From: a virus | Virus record (IMG/VR): IMGVR_UViG_3300044712_000557 | Span: 1 to 64,000 of that record | Direction: 5' to 3' (one strand) | Length of the DNA: 64,000 nt | Shown: piece by piece, positions 18,604-29,370 of the stretch | How positions within the stretch are numbered: the stretch's first letter is position 1 | How the letters are laid out: each line of letters opens with the position of its first letter | Notes under the pieces: model-generated | The model's database searches: none | The model's input: only the letters and a program-made list of their open reading frames with translations | What the model was told of the DNA's origin: nothing | Translations under genes and position numbers: made by a program

Positions 18604-20166
18604 GTGAGCAACCAAGCTCTGATCGATCAGTTGCTGGCAGCACGCGAGGTTAGCACGCCGCTGATCGCGATCACCACGCCTGATCAGCCGGCAGTGGCGA
18701 GCGCCATCACGAAGTCGCTGAATGGCAAGACGCCTGTCATCTCGTGGGATCGCGTGAAGGGCTTCCAGCCCAAGAACAAGAAGGGTGTCGAGGCCCTGGA
18801 GTCGTTCTGCAACGCGAACGACATCAAGCCTGAAGATCTGTCCTTCGCTACCGCCGAGGCGAGGGACGCGTTCCGGCTTGCGATGACCCTGCCTGAGCAC
18901 ACTGTCCTGATCGCGTTCTCCCTGGACCGGTTCATGCGTGAGGAGTCTGGGGCAGTGGTCGTGCAGGCGATCCTGAACCTGCGTGATGCGTTCCTCAGCA
19001 ACCATCGCATGCTGATCGGCCTCAGCCCTGACTTCTCGTTGCCTGCCGAGATCCAGCATGACGTGATCCTACTGGACGATCCTCTGCCTGACGATGACAC
19101 CTATCGCGAGATCGTGAAGACGGCCATCAAGAACACCAAGGATGGCGGGCACGAGATCGAGAAGGTGTCCACTGAGACGGTGACGCAGACGGTTCGCGCT
19201 ATCCGTGGCCTGTCTCCATTCGAGGCCGATCAGGTTGTTTCGATGTCGATCGCCTCGACCGGCATGAAGAAGATCGACCTTGCGTCAGCGTGGAAGCTCA
19301 AGGTGGGAGCTACGAATAAGATCAAGGGTCTGACGATGACCCTCGACGGTCCCGACCTGAAGGATCTGCGTGGACTTAATCAGATCACCAGCATGCTCAA
19401 CGACCTTTGGGCTGGGCCTGAGCCGCCCGAGCTGGTCGTGCGCGTAGACGAGATCGACAAGACGATGGCTGGCCTGGGCAGCAATGGTGGCCCTGGCGAC
19501 AACACTGGTGTCTCCCAGGATCTCAACCAGAACTTCCTCGTCAACATGGAAGACAACGGATGGGTGGGCGCCATCCTGGTCGGCATCCGTGGCTCTGGCA
19601 AGACGATCCTCACGCAGAGCATCGGGGCTGCGCATGGTGTGCCAACGATCGCGATGGACGCTGGCGCGATGAAGGGCAAGCATGTGGGAGAGAGCGAGCA
19701 GGCATTCCGCGAAGCCTTCCGTACGATCAAGTCGATCGGAGGCTCTCGTGTTTGCGTGCTTGCTACCTGCAACAAGCTGGATGTCCTTCCTCCTGAGTTG
19801 CTGCGCAGGTTCAAGCTGCAGATCTGGTACTTCGATCTTCTGACCAAGGAAGAGCGAGATGCCCTGTGGCCCATCTACCTCAAGCGTTACGGTCACGACC
19901 TTAATGCCGAGCGTCCACATGACGAAGGGTGGACCGGCGCAGAGATCCGCAACTGCTGCGAGATGGCTTACAAGCTGCGCCGAAACGTGAAGGAGTACGG
20001 GAATACGTGCATCGTGCCCGTTACGAAGTCTGACCCTCGATCGGTTGAGGCCCTTCGTGACAAGGCGCAAAACTGTTTCTTGTCCGCTTCGTACCCTGGA
20101 CCGTATCGTAAGCCAGTGGCCGAAGTGGTCGAGTTCTCTGGTCGTCAGTTGGGAGGTAAGAATTGA
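18604..20166 (+). CDS. Ycf46-like AAA+ ATPase with rearranged motif order
   Basis: VRVDEIDK (Walker B) precedes GIRGSGKT (Walker A); then VGESE, VLATCN, LPPELLRRF, GWTGAEI. Confidence 0.85.
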   Translation: MSNQALIDQLLAAREVSTPLIAITTPDQPAVASAITKSLNGKTPVISWDRVKGFQPKNKKGVEALESFCNANDIKPEDLSFATAEARDAFRLAMTLPEHTVLIAFSLDRFMREESGAVVVQAILNLRDAFLSNHRMLIGLSPDFSLPAEIQHDVILLDDPLPDDDTYREIVKTAIKNTKDGGHEIEKVSTETVTQTVRAIRGLSPFEADQVVSMSIASTGMKKIDLASAWKLKVGATNKIKGLTMTLDGPDLKDLRGLNQITSMLNDLWAGPEPPELVVRVDEIDKTMAGLGSNGGPGDNTGVSQDLNQNFLVNMEDNGWVGAILVGIRGSGKTILTQSIGAAHGVPTIAMDAGAMKGKHVGESEQAFREAFRTIKSIGGSRVCVLATCNKLDVLPPELLRRFKLQIWYFDLLTKEERDALWPIYLKRYGHDLNAERPHDEGWTGAEIRNCCEMAYKLRRNVKEYGNTCIVPVTKSDPRSVEALRDKAQNCFLSASYPGPYRKPVAEVVEFSGRQLGGKN

Positions 20167-21059
20167 GCGCAGAGCCGCAGATCTCCGACTCTACCGTCGT
20201 ACTCAGCCTGGAGCTTGGTCGTGTCTCCAATCGCCGTCGCATCAAGAGCGACACCGAGGCGATCACGACTGATATCGACAGGTCGATGCTGCACCTTGGC
20301 GTCGACCTGTTCGACGCCCCTGAGCTTCGCGCGTGCCAGAACTTCCTGGTGAAGCTGAAGGCCTCCATCAAGCTCTTGACCGTTCCGTCGTTCTTCCGTG
20401 GCGGCATGTACCTCGTCAAGCTGGAGGCCTTCGAACAGGTCGACAAGCTGATCGAAGAGGCCAAGGAGGAATTCAAGCCTCTCGTGGAGGCATTCGCCAA
20501 CGCGGTCGATCAGCGTCGTGACGAGGCCAAGGAACGCCTCAAGGGTGCGTTCAATGCTGCTCTCTACCCGAATCGAGAGCAGGTTCTGGCGGCCTACAGC
20601 ATCTCGCATCAGTGGCTCACGCTGGCTACACCAACCTCGCTCAAGAAGATCAACATGGCCCTCTTTGAGCGAGAGCGTGTGAAGGCCGAGGAGGCCCTTA
20701 AGGTCGCCACCGAGGGAATCACAGCCCTGCTAGCAACGGAAGCCAAGCACCTCAGCGAGCACCTGATCGATCGCCTTACGCCTGATGCTGATGGTGAGGC
20801 GAAGCAGATCCGCAAGGGCTCAGTGAATGGCATTACTGAGTTCCTCTCCACGTTCCATCTCCGCAACATCGGAACCAGCGAAGAGCTTGATGCCCAGGTC
20901 GAGAAGATCAAGCGTCTGATGACCGGTGTCGACGTGGTCGATCTCCGTGGCAATGAGACGTTGCGCAACGACGTTGCTAAGGGGTTCAAGGAAGTTGCCT
21001 CTGCGCTCGATGCGCTGATCGTGGACAAGCCAAAGCGCTACATGGGCGGCGATGAGTAA
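20163..21059 (+). CDS. DUF3150-like protein
   Basis: Follows the AAA gene; GGMYLV, LKGAFNAALYP, NET LRNDVA pattern. Confidence 0.55.
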   Translation: MSAEPQISDSTVVLSLELGRVSNRRRIKSDTEAITTDIDRSMLHLGVDLFDAPELRACQNFLVKLKASIKLLTVPSFFRGGMYLVKLEAFEQVDKLIEEAKEEFKPLVEAFANAVDQRRDEAKERLKGAFNAALYPNREQVLAAYSISHQWLTLATPTSLKKINMALFERERVKAEEALKVATEGITALLATEAKHLSEHLIDRLTPDADGEAKQIRKGSVNGITEFLSTFHLRNIGTSEELDAQVEKIKRLMTGVDVVDLRGNETLRNDVAKGFKEVASALDALIVDKPKRYMGGDE

Positions 21060-21169
21060 CTGCCTGGAAGGGGCTACGGTATGTCCAGAGTGTAGGTGCC
21101 TGCTCTTCTGGGTAGATGATAGGCGGCACGACCTTTGGCATACTGCTCTTGAGGAAAGGATAAAGGCTC

Positions 21170-21388
21170 TTGAGCTACGCGAACATCCCGGAGGGGATGG
21201 AGGCATCATCTCTTTCGTGGCGCAGAAGTAAGCGGGCGCACGGAAACGCACGCCTCAGCGTCAAGTGCGCACTTGAGGTCAGGGCATGGCGGGGGCACCT
21301 TAGCTCCCGCCAGACCGCCGAGATGTTTGGTGTAACGAAGAACACCGTCTTGAACATCTGGCGCGGAGCAAGCTGGAGGTACGTGTGA
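21170..21388 (+). CDS. small HTH protein resembling an HNH-endonuclease C-terminal DNA-binding domain
   Basis: HGNARLS...TAEMFGVTKNTVLNIWRGASWRYV. Confidence 0.5.
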   Translation: MSYANIPEGMEASSLSWRRSKRAHGNARLSVKCALEVRAWRGHLSSRQTAEMFGVTKNTVLNIWRGASWRYV

Positions 21389-22375
21389 ACAATGAGCGGT
21401 CTATGCCAGTCACCATGGCAGTGGTTGTCCTCGTGGGCATGCTGCTATGGTGGCTGGTGACGAAGGGGCTCGACGCCCTGAGGAGGATCGGGTGAGCGCA
21501 GACGTGGTCTGGATGGGGTGGCTGATTCTCTTCCTCTTGTACGAGATCTACGCAGCTAAGGCGGCACCGAAGGGCGATACACTCAGCGAGAACGTCTGGG
21601 ATTGGTTTGGGGTTAAGTCCTACAAGCCGTTAAGCGGATTCCGCAGGGCGATTCTGGGAGCCTTCATGGGAGTCCTGGGCTGCCACTTCGTATTTGGCGA
21701 GCCTGGGGGCCTAGGCGTCATCCTGGCGGGCATCCCCGTGGGGTGCGTAGTCGTCTATTCGATTCTGTTTGAGCGGAAGCCGGTTCGATACGAGGTTTAC
21801 TACCCTGAGGAGGGTGACGATGAGCATTGAGCAGCCTGATCAGATCTACGCGGACGCATTCGGCGGGCCGTACCCGGTTTGCACCCAGGGCCAGAAGGAA
21901 CGTCTGGAGGCAGCCTATAAGAAGATGATGGAGTATCTCGCCACGACCGACCACCCTGGACGGACGAAGCAGAAGGGCTGCGACTGCGAGCTTCTGATCT
22001 CTCTCATGGAGAGCCCTGATCGGGACGACCTGATTGCTGCGGCAGTAGTCCTCTCTGAGATCATCTACGCGCAGAAGACTGCCATGTCTGCGTTGCGGGC
22101 GTCCCTGCTCGACATGGTGGCCCAGCAGGGCGGGATCAACTGATGGGGCTAACTTACTACGCGATCAAGGGTGACGCCGGGTACTACCATGGGTACTCTC
22201 AAGGCGGCAAACATTGGCGAGACTATCCCAAGCTCTGGAGGCGGCGCGGAGAGGCCAAGCAGTCTCTCAATGCTCTCCAGGTGTACCATCGGCTGGACAG
22301 GAAGACATTCCAGATGGTCAAGGAAACTAGGAATGCGGACGCCCACATCGTTGTCTTCGACGTTTCGGAGGTCAA

Positions 22376-22807
22376 ATGAGTCACGTTGCTGAGTGCAAGG
22401 CCGAGCTGAAGAACCTCGACGTCATCGAGGCTGCAGCGAAGCGTCTTGGCGGTCGACTGGTGCGAGGCCAGAAGACGTACAAGTGGTTTGGTCAGTGGGT
22501 TGGCGATACCCCGATGCCGAAGGGCATGACCAAGGCTGACCTGGGCAAGTGTGACCACGCGATCGTCTTCCCTGACGCCTCGTACGAGGTTGGAGTTCGC
22601 GTCCAGTCGGACGGAACATTCTCCCTGGCCTGGGACTGGTGGGGTGAGGGACGCTTGCTCCCAAAGATGGGCGACACCGGGGCCGGGAAGTTCGTCCAGG
22701 CCTACGGAATCGAGGCTGCGAAGCGTGCGGCTATCAGGAAGGGCTATGTCGCTCGTGAGACTGCCAAGTCTGACGGGAGTGTGATGCTGGAGCTTCTGTG
22801 TCACTGA
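22376..22807 (+). CDS. DUF1257 (Ycf35-like) protein
   Basis: MSHV..CKAELKNL...YEVGV...WDWWG...AIRKGY. Confidence 0.65.
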   Translation: MSHVAECKAELKNLDVIEAAAKRLGGRLVRGQKTYKWFGQWVGDTPMPKGMTKADLGKCDHAIVFPDASYEVGVRVQSDGTFSLAWDWWGEGRLLPKMGDTGAGKFVQAYGIEAAKRAAIRKGYVARETAKSDGSVMLELLCH

Positions 22808-23761
22808 TTAAGTCGTTGGTCGATATGTTCTGTGGGACAAGCTGGGCCAGCATGTTTTGGGGCGGCATCAATCTAGGGTTTGGCCTTGGCATTCTGACCG
22901 GGATGCCTGGGTTCCCACGTTGGGTTGTTGTCGTGTCGTTTCTTTGTGCTGCGATTTGCTTTGGCGGTGCCTACTGGAGGAGAGGAGGTCGCTTTGTGGA
23001 TTAAGACCGACAAGGGTCGTTGCCAGTGCAGCATCGAGTCGCTGGCCGCGCTGGAGCCGGACGTGCTCAAGGTGCGTGAGGCCTATCGCAAAGCCTGCGC
23101 TGAGCGTCCCCAGGACAAGGACGCGCACGGTAGCGCTGTCCTTAAGTGGTCCATGAAGAACTTCGGGCCGTACATCTTCAATCGCGACTTCGAAGCCGTT
23201 TGCGGACGAGGGGTTGAGACTCCTACCGGAATCAGCTACGGTGGCTGTGCCGGTGTTGCGAAGTGGGACGCTTTCATCGAGTCGAAGCCTTTGGAATACC
23301 GCAAGTGGTACCTAGACCCCACAGTGGTGGCTGGGTGCATCATGGGAGATGATGAATGAAGTTCAAGGCGAAGCATCGAGTGCGGATCGAGTTTGAGTTG
23401 ACCACGAAGTCTGACGAAATCTTGACGCCTGCAGCCATCGAGGAGGCGATTCGAGAGCAGTGGTACCTCAGGGCAGGGAATGACTCCATGCCTATCGGCG
23501 AGGGCGGGCTGATCCCGATTCGATATGGGAAGATGAGCGTCACGATCAAGACGATCAAGGAGTAGTGATGGGAGCTACTCGTACGTACTGTAAGGACTGC
23601 CTATGGTTTGATCTACGTCCTTACTTTGGGCAGGATGGTGAAACCTTGGGATACTGTCGAATCGGCCCCGCGATCATGATGCCGTCTACTCGCTGTGATG
23701 AATCTATGGGTCGTTGGCCGATCGTTTCTGCTGAAGATTGGTGCGGTCACGGGGTGGGCAA

Positions 23762-23947
23762 GTGAAGAAGATCGTCATCGTGTTCGATAAGAAGGGACAG
23801 AGCACCATCGAGGCTTTCGGGTTTTCTGGCGGTGAGTGCCTTAAGGCCACGAAGGACATCGAGGAGGCCATTGGCAAGGCTGAGGGTCGCAAGATGAAGT
23901 CTGGTAGTGGCGACGTTGCCGACCAGAAGCGAGTCGTGACGCAGTGA
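23762..23947 (+). CDS. DUF2997 protein
   Basis: EAFGFSGGECLKATKDIEEAIG. Confidence 0.7.
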   Translation: MKKIVIVFDKKGQSTIEAFGFSGGECLKATKDIEEAIGKAEGRKMKSGSGDVADQKRVVTQ

Positions 23948-24086
23948 CCGAGAAGGAATGGATTGTCCTCGCCTGCATCGTGCTGGCATATCTGGCAGGA
24001 GGGCCGGGGTTGGCGGTCATCCCTCTGGTTCTCTTGCTGATCATGGCCCACGACAGGAAGCCTCGTCCACCGTATGGGGGTGTCGC

Positions 24087-24347
24087 ATGAAGGTCACGTT
24101 CGAAGTCGACGGCAAAATCCGGTTCATCTACGAAGACGAGGGGGCCAGCCTGATGCAGGAGGTTGGACCGCTAGAGGTAAAGCGAGCCTCTCATGTCGAG
24201 CCGAAGTCTGGGCCGTATGGGACTTGGTGGCACGCCGACATGTCCCCGGTCGGTGGGCCTAGCCTTGGGCCATTTTCCACTCGCGCAGAGGCCCTGGAGG
24301 CCGAGCGTGACTGGCTGATCGCAGAAGGGATCCCGAAACCGCGATGA
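24087..24347 (+). CDS. hypothetical protein of the AAA/DUF1257/DUF2997 module
   Basis: RASHVEP..WHADMSPVGGPSLGPF..RAEALEAE..WL. Confidence 0.55.
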   Translation: MKVTFEVDGKIRFIYEDEGASLMQEVGPLEVKRASHVEPKSGPYGTWWHADMSPVGGPSLGPFSTRAEALEAERDWLIAEGIPKPR

Positions 24348-24866
24348 GTATCTACTTGGCGTTTGTGTGTGTCGTAGGTATCACCATCGCCTGCCTGCTG
24401 GTCTTGGGTGCGCTTGGATGGATCTACGTGACCATCGAAGACTGGCTGGGGTGGAATGGGGATCTCTTTGGGGCCTCTTGCGTAGCCCTCGCGCTCTTCG
24501 TGTTCTTGGGGATTTCCTCTGTCGCCTTCCAGGATTGGTTCAATAGGAACTACACTCAACGTCGACCCCCGGCAGAGGCGGTGCAGCAGTGAGGATCCTA
24601 GATATCTACGCAAAGCCGCGTCGTATCCAGATCAACCTGGATCACGTAGACATGTGGTCAGTGGAGGAAGGGCAGGAGCACAGCATGTACTCCTCGTTCA
24701 ACATCTACATGTCTGGTAGCGAAACCCCGCTGACCATCTGGCTTAAGCGCGACACTACGGAGGATGTCATCTTCGTTAGGCTCCGTAAGGCCCTTGCCCC
24801 GCTCTACGAGTCGCGACAAGGTACAGTCCTTGGCATCTATTTGACCTTAGACCTGAGGGATCTGCA

Positions 24867-25142
24867 GTGAAGATTCTGAGGATCGAGTGCGATGCCTGCG
24901 GAGGCACTGGCCTCTACAGTGGGATGTGTGAAGCTGCCGGGCAGGCCGTTGTGTGTCTGGACTGCTCTGGAACCGGCTGCAAGAACATCTCGTATGAGCC
25001 ATACACCGGCAGGAAGCGTAAGCGTGGGGTCAAGGGGATTAGGTTCTCGCGTGGCCGTCTGATCGTTTCGGGTGTTGGCGGCACCGGCAAGCCGATGACC
25101 TACGCAGAATTTGAGGCCACAATCCCAGAGGAGCGGACCTAG
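24867..25142 (+). CDS. CxxCxGxG zinc-finger protein
   Basis: CDACGGTG...CLDCSGTG. Confidence 0.6.
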   Translation: MKILRIECDACGGTGLYSGMCEAAGQAVVCLDCSGTGCKNISYEPYTGRKRKRGVKGIRFSRGRLIVSGVGGTGKPMTYAEFEATIPEERT

Positions 25143-25143
25143 T

Positions 25144-25443
25144 ATGGCAGATGACCGTGAGACAGTAGAAAGGATGCGAGCAGTCAGAGAGCCCACCAGA
25201 GACAAGTCGAAGTCGTTCATGGCTGCGTCAGAGGTGCTACGGCTTCGCCAGACGGTGATGCGCGTGTCGCAGGCCCGTCTGGCGGCCCAGCTCATTAGCC
25301 CCGAAGACGGGGAGCCAATCTCCCAGGGTGCCGTTTGGCTCTGGGAGAATGGCCGTAGGGCGGTGCCTCTCTGGGCTGCTCGTCAGATCCGCGCTATTGC
25401 GGAAGCTTGCAAGCGGTACGATGCCCGCCAGGAGAGTGCATGA
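25144..25443 (+). CDS. XRE-like HTH protein
   Basis: SQARLAAQL...ISQGAVWLWENGRRAVP. Confidence 0.7.
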   Translation: MADDRETVERMRAVREPTRDKSKSFMAASEVLRLRQTVMRVSQARLAAQLISPEDGEPISQGAVWLWENGRRAVPLWAARQIRAIAEACKRYDARQESA

Positions 25444-26300
25444 GTACATTCAACCGTTGGAGCAACAGTAGCCTTACGACGCTTCAGATGTGCGCGCATA
25501 AGTTCAAGCTGAAGCACCTCGACAAGATGTATCGCCAGTCTGGCTATCAGGCCAAGCGTGGGATAGCGGTCCATCACGTTGCCAAAGAAGCACACAAGCG
25601 TCAGATGGTGACAGCCAACCTCTGGACCGGAACATTGCCAGAGTTGAGCGAAGACCCTGGCAGCCCTCGCTCGATCGAGGAGGCGCGAGACATCGCGGCT
25701 AAGGAATTCGAGCGCGCTGTCAGTGACGGCGTGACGATGAGTACCAAGGACAAAGAGATCGGCGCAGATAAGCTCAAGGCTTCCTGCAAAGACACAGCAG
25801 TGGTCCTGGCTGCTCTCTACGTCTCAGACGTCGCACCACGCGTGAAGCCGGTAGCCGTTGAGCGCAAGGTTGAAATCAAGCCGCGCGACATGGATATCAC
25901 CATCATGGGCTACATCGACCTCGTTGAAGATGATCTTGGAGATGTCATCCGAGATCTAAAGACGGGGGAGAAGGCACCCTTCAAGGACGCGGCAAAGCTG
26001 TCGCAGCAGTTGACGATGTACGCCATGATTCGAGCCGCCGAGACTCGCAAGATGCCTCGCGAAGAGAGACTCGTGCATCTTGTGCGTACGCCTAAGTCGG
26101 AAGAGACAAGCATCGTCGTGCAGGCTACGACTCGTGATGTGGAAGACCTTGTGCGCCTTCGTGAGCGACTCCAGACAGCTATCGAGGCTGTCGACAAGGG
26201 TGTCTTTGTCCCCGCCGACCCATCGGCCCCTGGGAGCCCATGCAACTGGTGTGAGTACCGTGACGGTACGTGCAAGTACGTGAGGAAGCAGGAGGTCTGA
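25440..26300 (+). CDS. PD-(D/E)XK nuclease (RecB/Cas4-like exonuclease)
   Basis: MCAHKF, GIAVH, GYIDLVE..IRDLKTG, QLTMY, CNWCEY. Confidence 0.85.
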   Translation: MSTFNRWSNSSLTTLQMCAHKFKLKHLDKMYRQSGYQAKRGIAVHHVAKEAHKRQMVTANLWTGTLPELSEDPGSPRSIEEARDIAAKEFERAVSDGVTMSTKDKEIGADKLKASCKDTAVVLAALYVSDVAPRVKPVAVERKVEIKPRDMDITIMGYIDLVEDDLGDVIRDLKTGEKAPFKDAAKLSQQLTMYAMIRAAETRKMPREERLVHLVRTPKSEETSIVVQATTRDVEDLVRLRERLQTAIEAVDKGVFVPADPSAPGSPCNWCEYRDGTCKYVRKQEV

Positions 26301-26773
26301 TGCGCGATCGGTATGAGTACGTGGGTGGGTCTTCGCGCAAGTTCTGGGAGATCGAAAAGCCACGTTGCGCAGATGGCAAGTGGGGAGACTGGCTAGTGAC
26401 AGTGGTGTTCGGTCGCATCGGAACTGCTGGCCAGTCGCACACGAAGGTCTTTGGATCTAAGTGGACAGCGGAGAGCTACTACTCTAGCAAGGTCAGCGAG
26501 AAGGTCGGCAAGGGATACGTGCCTAAGGGCAAGATTGCCACCGTCTCTCCGAAGCTCCAGCAGATCCAGGGCAGTGCCATCCCGCAGTACGTAGTGCCCA
26601 AGGTAAAGCCGAAGCCTGCCTGTGCTCATCCCACCTTGACTCGCAAGGGAAATACCTACGAATGCGCAGCCTGCAAGAGCAAGGTCGAATTCGACAAGCC
26701 TCAGGCCTCCACCGTGCAGGTCTTTGAGATCGAACAGCAAGTTCGTCGCTACTTCGCGAGGGCTGGAGAATGA
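26300..26773 (+). CDS. WGR-domain protein with C-terminal zinc ribbon
   Basis: SRKFWEI..VVFGRIGTAGQ..EKVGKGY; CAAC. Confidence 0.75.
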   Translation: MRDRYEYVGGSSRKFWEIEKPRCADGKWGDWLVTVVFGRIGTAGQSHTKVFGSKWTAESYYSSKVSEKVGKGYVPKGKIATVSPKLQQIQGSAIPQYVVPKVKPKPACAHPTLTRKGNTYECAACKSKVEFDKPQASTVQVFEIEQQVRRYFARAGE

Positions 26774-27297
26774 AGGGTCCGTATATCCGTTCGTGCAGAA
26801 AACACCAGAGTGAACTCAAGGCTCGCTATGATCCTGCAGGGCACGAGAGCCTCTGGTGTACCAGTAGTCCACATGGATCGCACAAGTGCCGCTCCTGGAA
26901 CGTCAAGGATTCCAACGGGGAGACAATCTTCGTTGGCCACATCGACGCAACCTACCAAGTCGTATCTCCTGAGGTTGGCTTCCTCGATGAGGATCCCTTT
27001 CTTCCGCCCATGCCAGTTGGAGCTTGCCAGCGTGGTCATGAGAACGAATGGGTTTTGACGTCTGACATCCGCTATCGGTGCCGAGCGTGCTTGAAGATTG
27101 GTCAGGCCCGGAGGAACGCGAAGCGCAAGGCTGACCTAGAGGCAAGAGAGGCATACAAGAAGACTCCAGCGTACATTGCTAGGCTGGCTAACCAGCGAGA
27201 GTACCGCAAGAGGATGCGAATCAAGTACCCAGAGAAGTACGCTCAGTACCAGTCTAACCGTCGTCTAAAGAGAAAGCAGAGGCAGAAGAATGTCTGA
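26770..27297 (+). CDS. Cys/His-rich basic hypothetical protein
   Basis: CQRGH..YRCRAC; basic tail. Confidence 0.6.
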   Translation: MKGPYIRSCRKHQSELKARYDPAGHESLWCTSSPHGSHKCRSWNVKDSNGETIFVGHIDATYQVVSPEVGFLDEDPFLPPMPVGACQRGHENEWVLTSDIRYRCRACLKIGQARRNAKRKADLEAREAYKKTPAYIARLANQREYRKRMRIKYPEKYAQYQSNRRLKRKQRQKNV

Positions 27298-28102
27298 TCC
27301 CAACCCTATCGATCCCAACGTTACGCCAGCTCAGCCGGCTCCCGTGACTGCCATCATGGTCCCGCCGCAGCGTTCCGAGGTTGCCCACTTCAATCCCGAT
27401 GACCCTGCATCGATGTTCATGCAGACGAACGTCTTCGAACAGTTGCAGCGGGTTGCGAAGCTTATGGCCAGCAGCCAGCTCGTGCCCAAGCACCTGCAGG
27501 GGAATGCTGCCGACTGCTTCCTTGTCGTCTCTCAGGCTGTGCAGTGGAAGATGAACCCATTCGCCGTGGCGCAGTCCTGCTACGTACTGCAGGGTAAGGT
27601 TGGCTACGAGGGCAAGCTGATTGCCGCCATCGTCAACTCCTACCCTCGCCTCGCGAAGAAGCTGAACTACGAGTACAGCGGCACAGGTGCTCAGCGTCAG
27701 GTGCGTGTCTTCGGAACCCTAAAGGGCGAGGATGCTCCGCGTGAGGTCATCGGCAAGGTGTCCGACTGGAAGACCTCGAATCGCCAGTGGGAGACACAGA
27801 CCGACCAGATGCTCTCGTACCGTGGCGCTCGTGAGTGGGCTCGCCGGCACATGCCCGAAGCTGTACTTGGGGTGTATGCTGAGGAGGAGTTGGTGGTTGT
27901 CGCCAACGCGGCTCCCGTGGTCGTGGAGGCTCCCAGCTTGACTGACGTTACTGGCGTGGTCGTAGAGGCTCAGGACGACCCTGGAGAAGAGATCCGCTCT
28001 TCGCGCAGGAAGCCCAACGTCAAGAAGCTAGAGCCTGAGCCGATTGACGCCGAGCCGATCGTTGAAAAGGACTCCGAGATCGACAAGCTCTTCACCAAGT
28101 GA
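27290..28102 (+). CDS. recT: RecT-family ssDNA-annealing recombinase
   Basis: VPKHLQGNAADC..QWKMNPFAVAQ..GYEGKLI..QMLSYRGAREWARRHMPE. Confidence 0.8.
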   Translation: MSDPNPIDPNVTPAQPAPVTAIMVPPQRSEVAHFNPDDPASMFMQTNVFEQLQRVAKLMASSQLVPKHLQGNAADCFLVVSQAVQWKMNPFAVAQSCYVLQGKVGYEGKLIAAIVNSYPRLAKKLNYEYSGTGAQRQVRVFGTLKGEDAPREVIGKVSDWKTSNRQWETQTDQMLSYRGAREWARRHMPEAVLGVYAEEELVVVANAAPVVVEAPSLTDVTGVVVEAQDDPGEEIRSSRRKPNVKKLEPEPIDAEPIVEKDSEIDKLFTK

Positions 28103-28890
28103 AGCATCCCCACGATCCGAAGAAGTACTTGCACTGCGCTGAGTGCGAGAATTCACGGCCTGACGGAGAGCATGCGCGCGTCTACGCACGGCTCTCCGTC
28201 GCCGTGACGTTAGAGGGACACCTACTGATCACTTGCGTCCGTCATGAATGCGTCGTTGCCTTCCTAGAGAACCAGAAGATCGCTGACATCCTGTCCGATA
28301 TCGCCCTCGCAGAGTGCGATTGCGGAGAGCACAAGAACGAGGTGACACATTGAGGATCCCCGTGTTTGCCGTACGCCAGCCCGACAAGGCCGGGAAGCTG
28401 TTCGTTGTTTCCGCCTGGACCGATGAGTACTGCGCGAAGTACGAAGCGGCTCGCTGGACGCAGGATCTAAAAGAGGATTGGGACTATGTTCCTGCCGTGC
28501 TTGTCGTGGAAGAGAACGACGATGCGCCGACTACTGAGTGACCTCTTCTGTGGGCTGCGTGAGCGATGGGAGCATGAAGATCGCTTACGCATGAAGGCGA
28601 TTGCCCATCTCTACGGAGAGCTCGCGTCGATGAATGGAGAGGTCATCAAGAGCACCGGGCAGATCGTCGCGAGGGATAGCGCATGAAATGGACCATGTAT
28701 GCCATCATGGACGCCAATGGAAGGTACTTCAACGGCCAGCATCATCGGTATTCGGCCACGACGCATCCTAAGCTTTGGTCAAGGATGCGTGACGTGAAGT
28801 ATGCCCATCAAAGCGAAAGCAGGGCGGGGAACGTCTTCAAGTGGTTAAACATCGCGTTACCACTCACCATCATCGAAGTGGAGGTAAAGC

Positions 28891-29370
28891 ATGGCAAAGC
28901 GTAAGCTGGCTCCAGGGCTGGGTCGCCTTGACGAGATGAAGATCGACCCACTCTACGATCAGGCCCGCGACCTGATGGAGCAACTTACCAAGTTTTTCAA
29001 CGTTGCGTTCCAGCGAAAGACCGCTGGCGGGATCGAGTTCCTGGGTGAGATCATTCGAGCCCTGCGAGACGGATATGGTCCAGAGGAGCTTCGCGTAGCT
29101 TATTGGGTTGCGCGCTGTCTCACTGGCAAGGCCTCATGGCTCAGCGGGGCCTTGCGTGGCGATCTCTTGCCGTCCATCGTGCTGCGCCATGATGGAGGCA
29201 TCAATCCCAAGACGGGGAAGCCTGCCGTGCGATGGCTTGACGACATGCTGGCGCGCAGGATGGAAGTTAGCCATGCCATGGTGCAGGCACTCTACGACAA
29301 CCTTCCTGACGACCTGAAGGAGTCCGAGAAGGAGATCGTTCCTCTCATGGGGGTGAAACTGAATGTCTGA
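28891..29370 (+). CDS. protein resembling a phage initiator C-terminal domain, coupled to DnaB
   Basis: RALRDGYGPEEL...LLPSIVLR; overlaps the helicase start. Confidence 0.45.
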   Translation: MAKRKLAPGLGRLDEMKIDPLYDQARDLMEQLTKFFNVAFQRKTAGGIEFLGEIIRALRDGYGPEELRVAYWVARCLTGKASWLSGALRGDLLPSIVLRHDGGINPKTGKPAVRWLDDMLARRMEVSHAMVQALYDNLPDDLKESEKEIVPLMGVKLNV

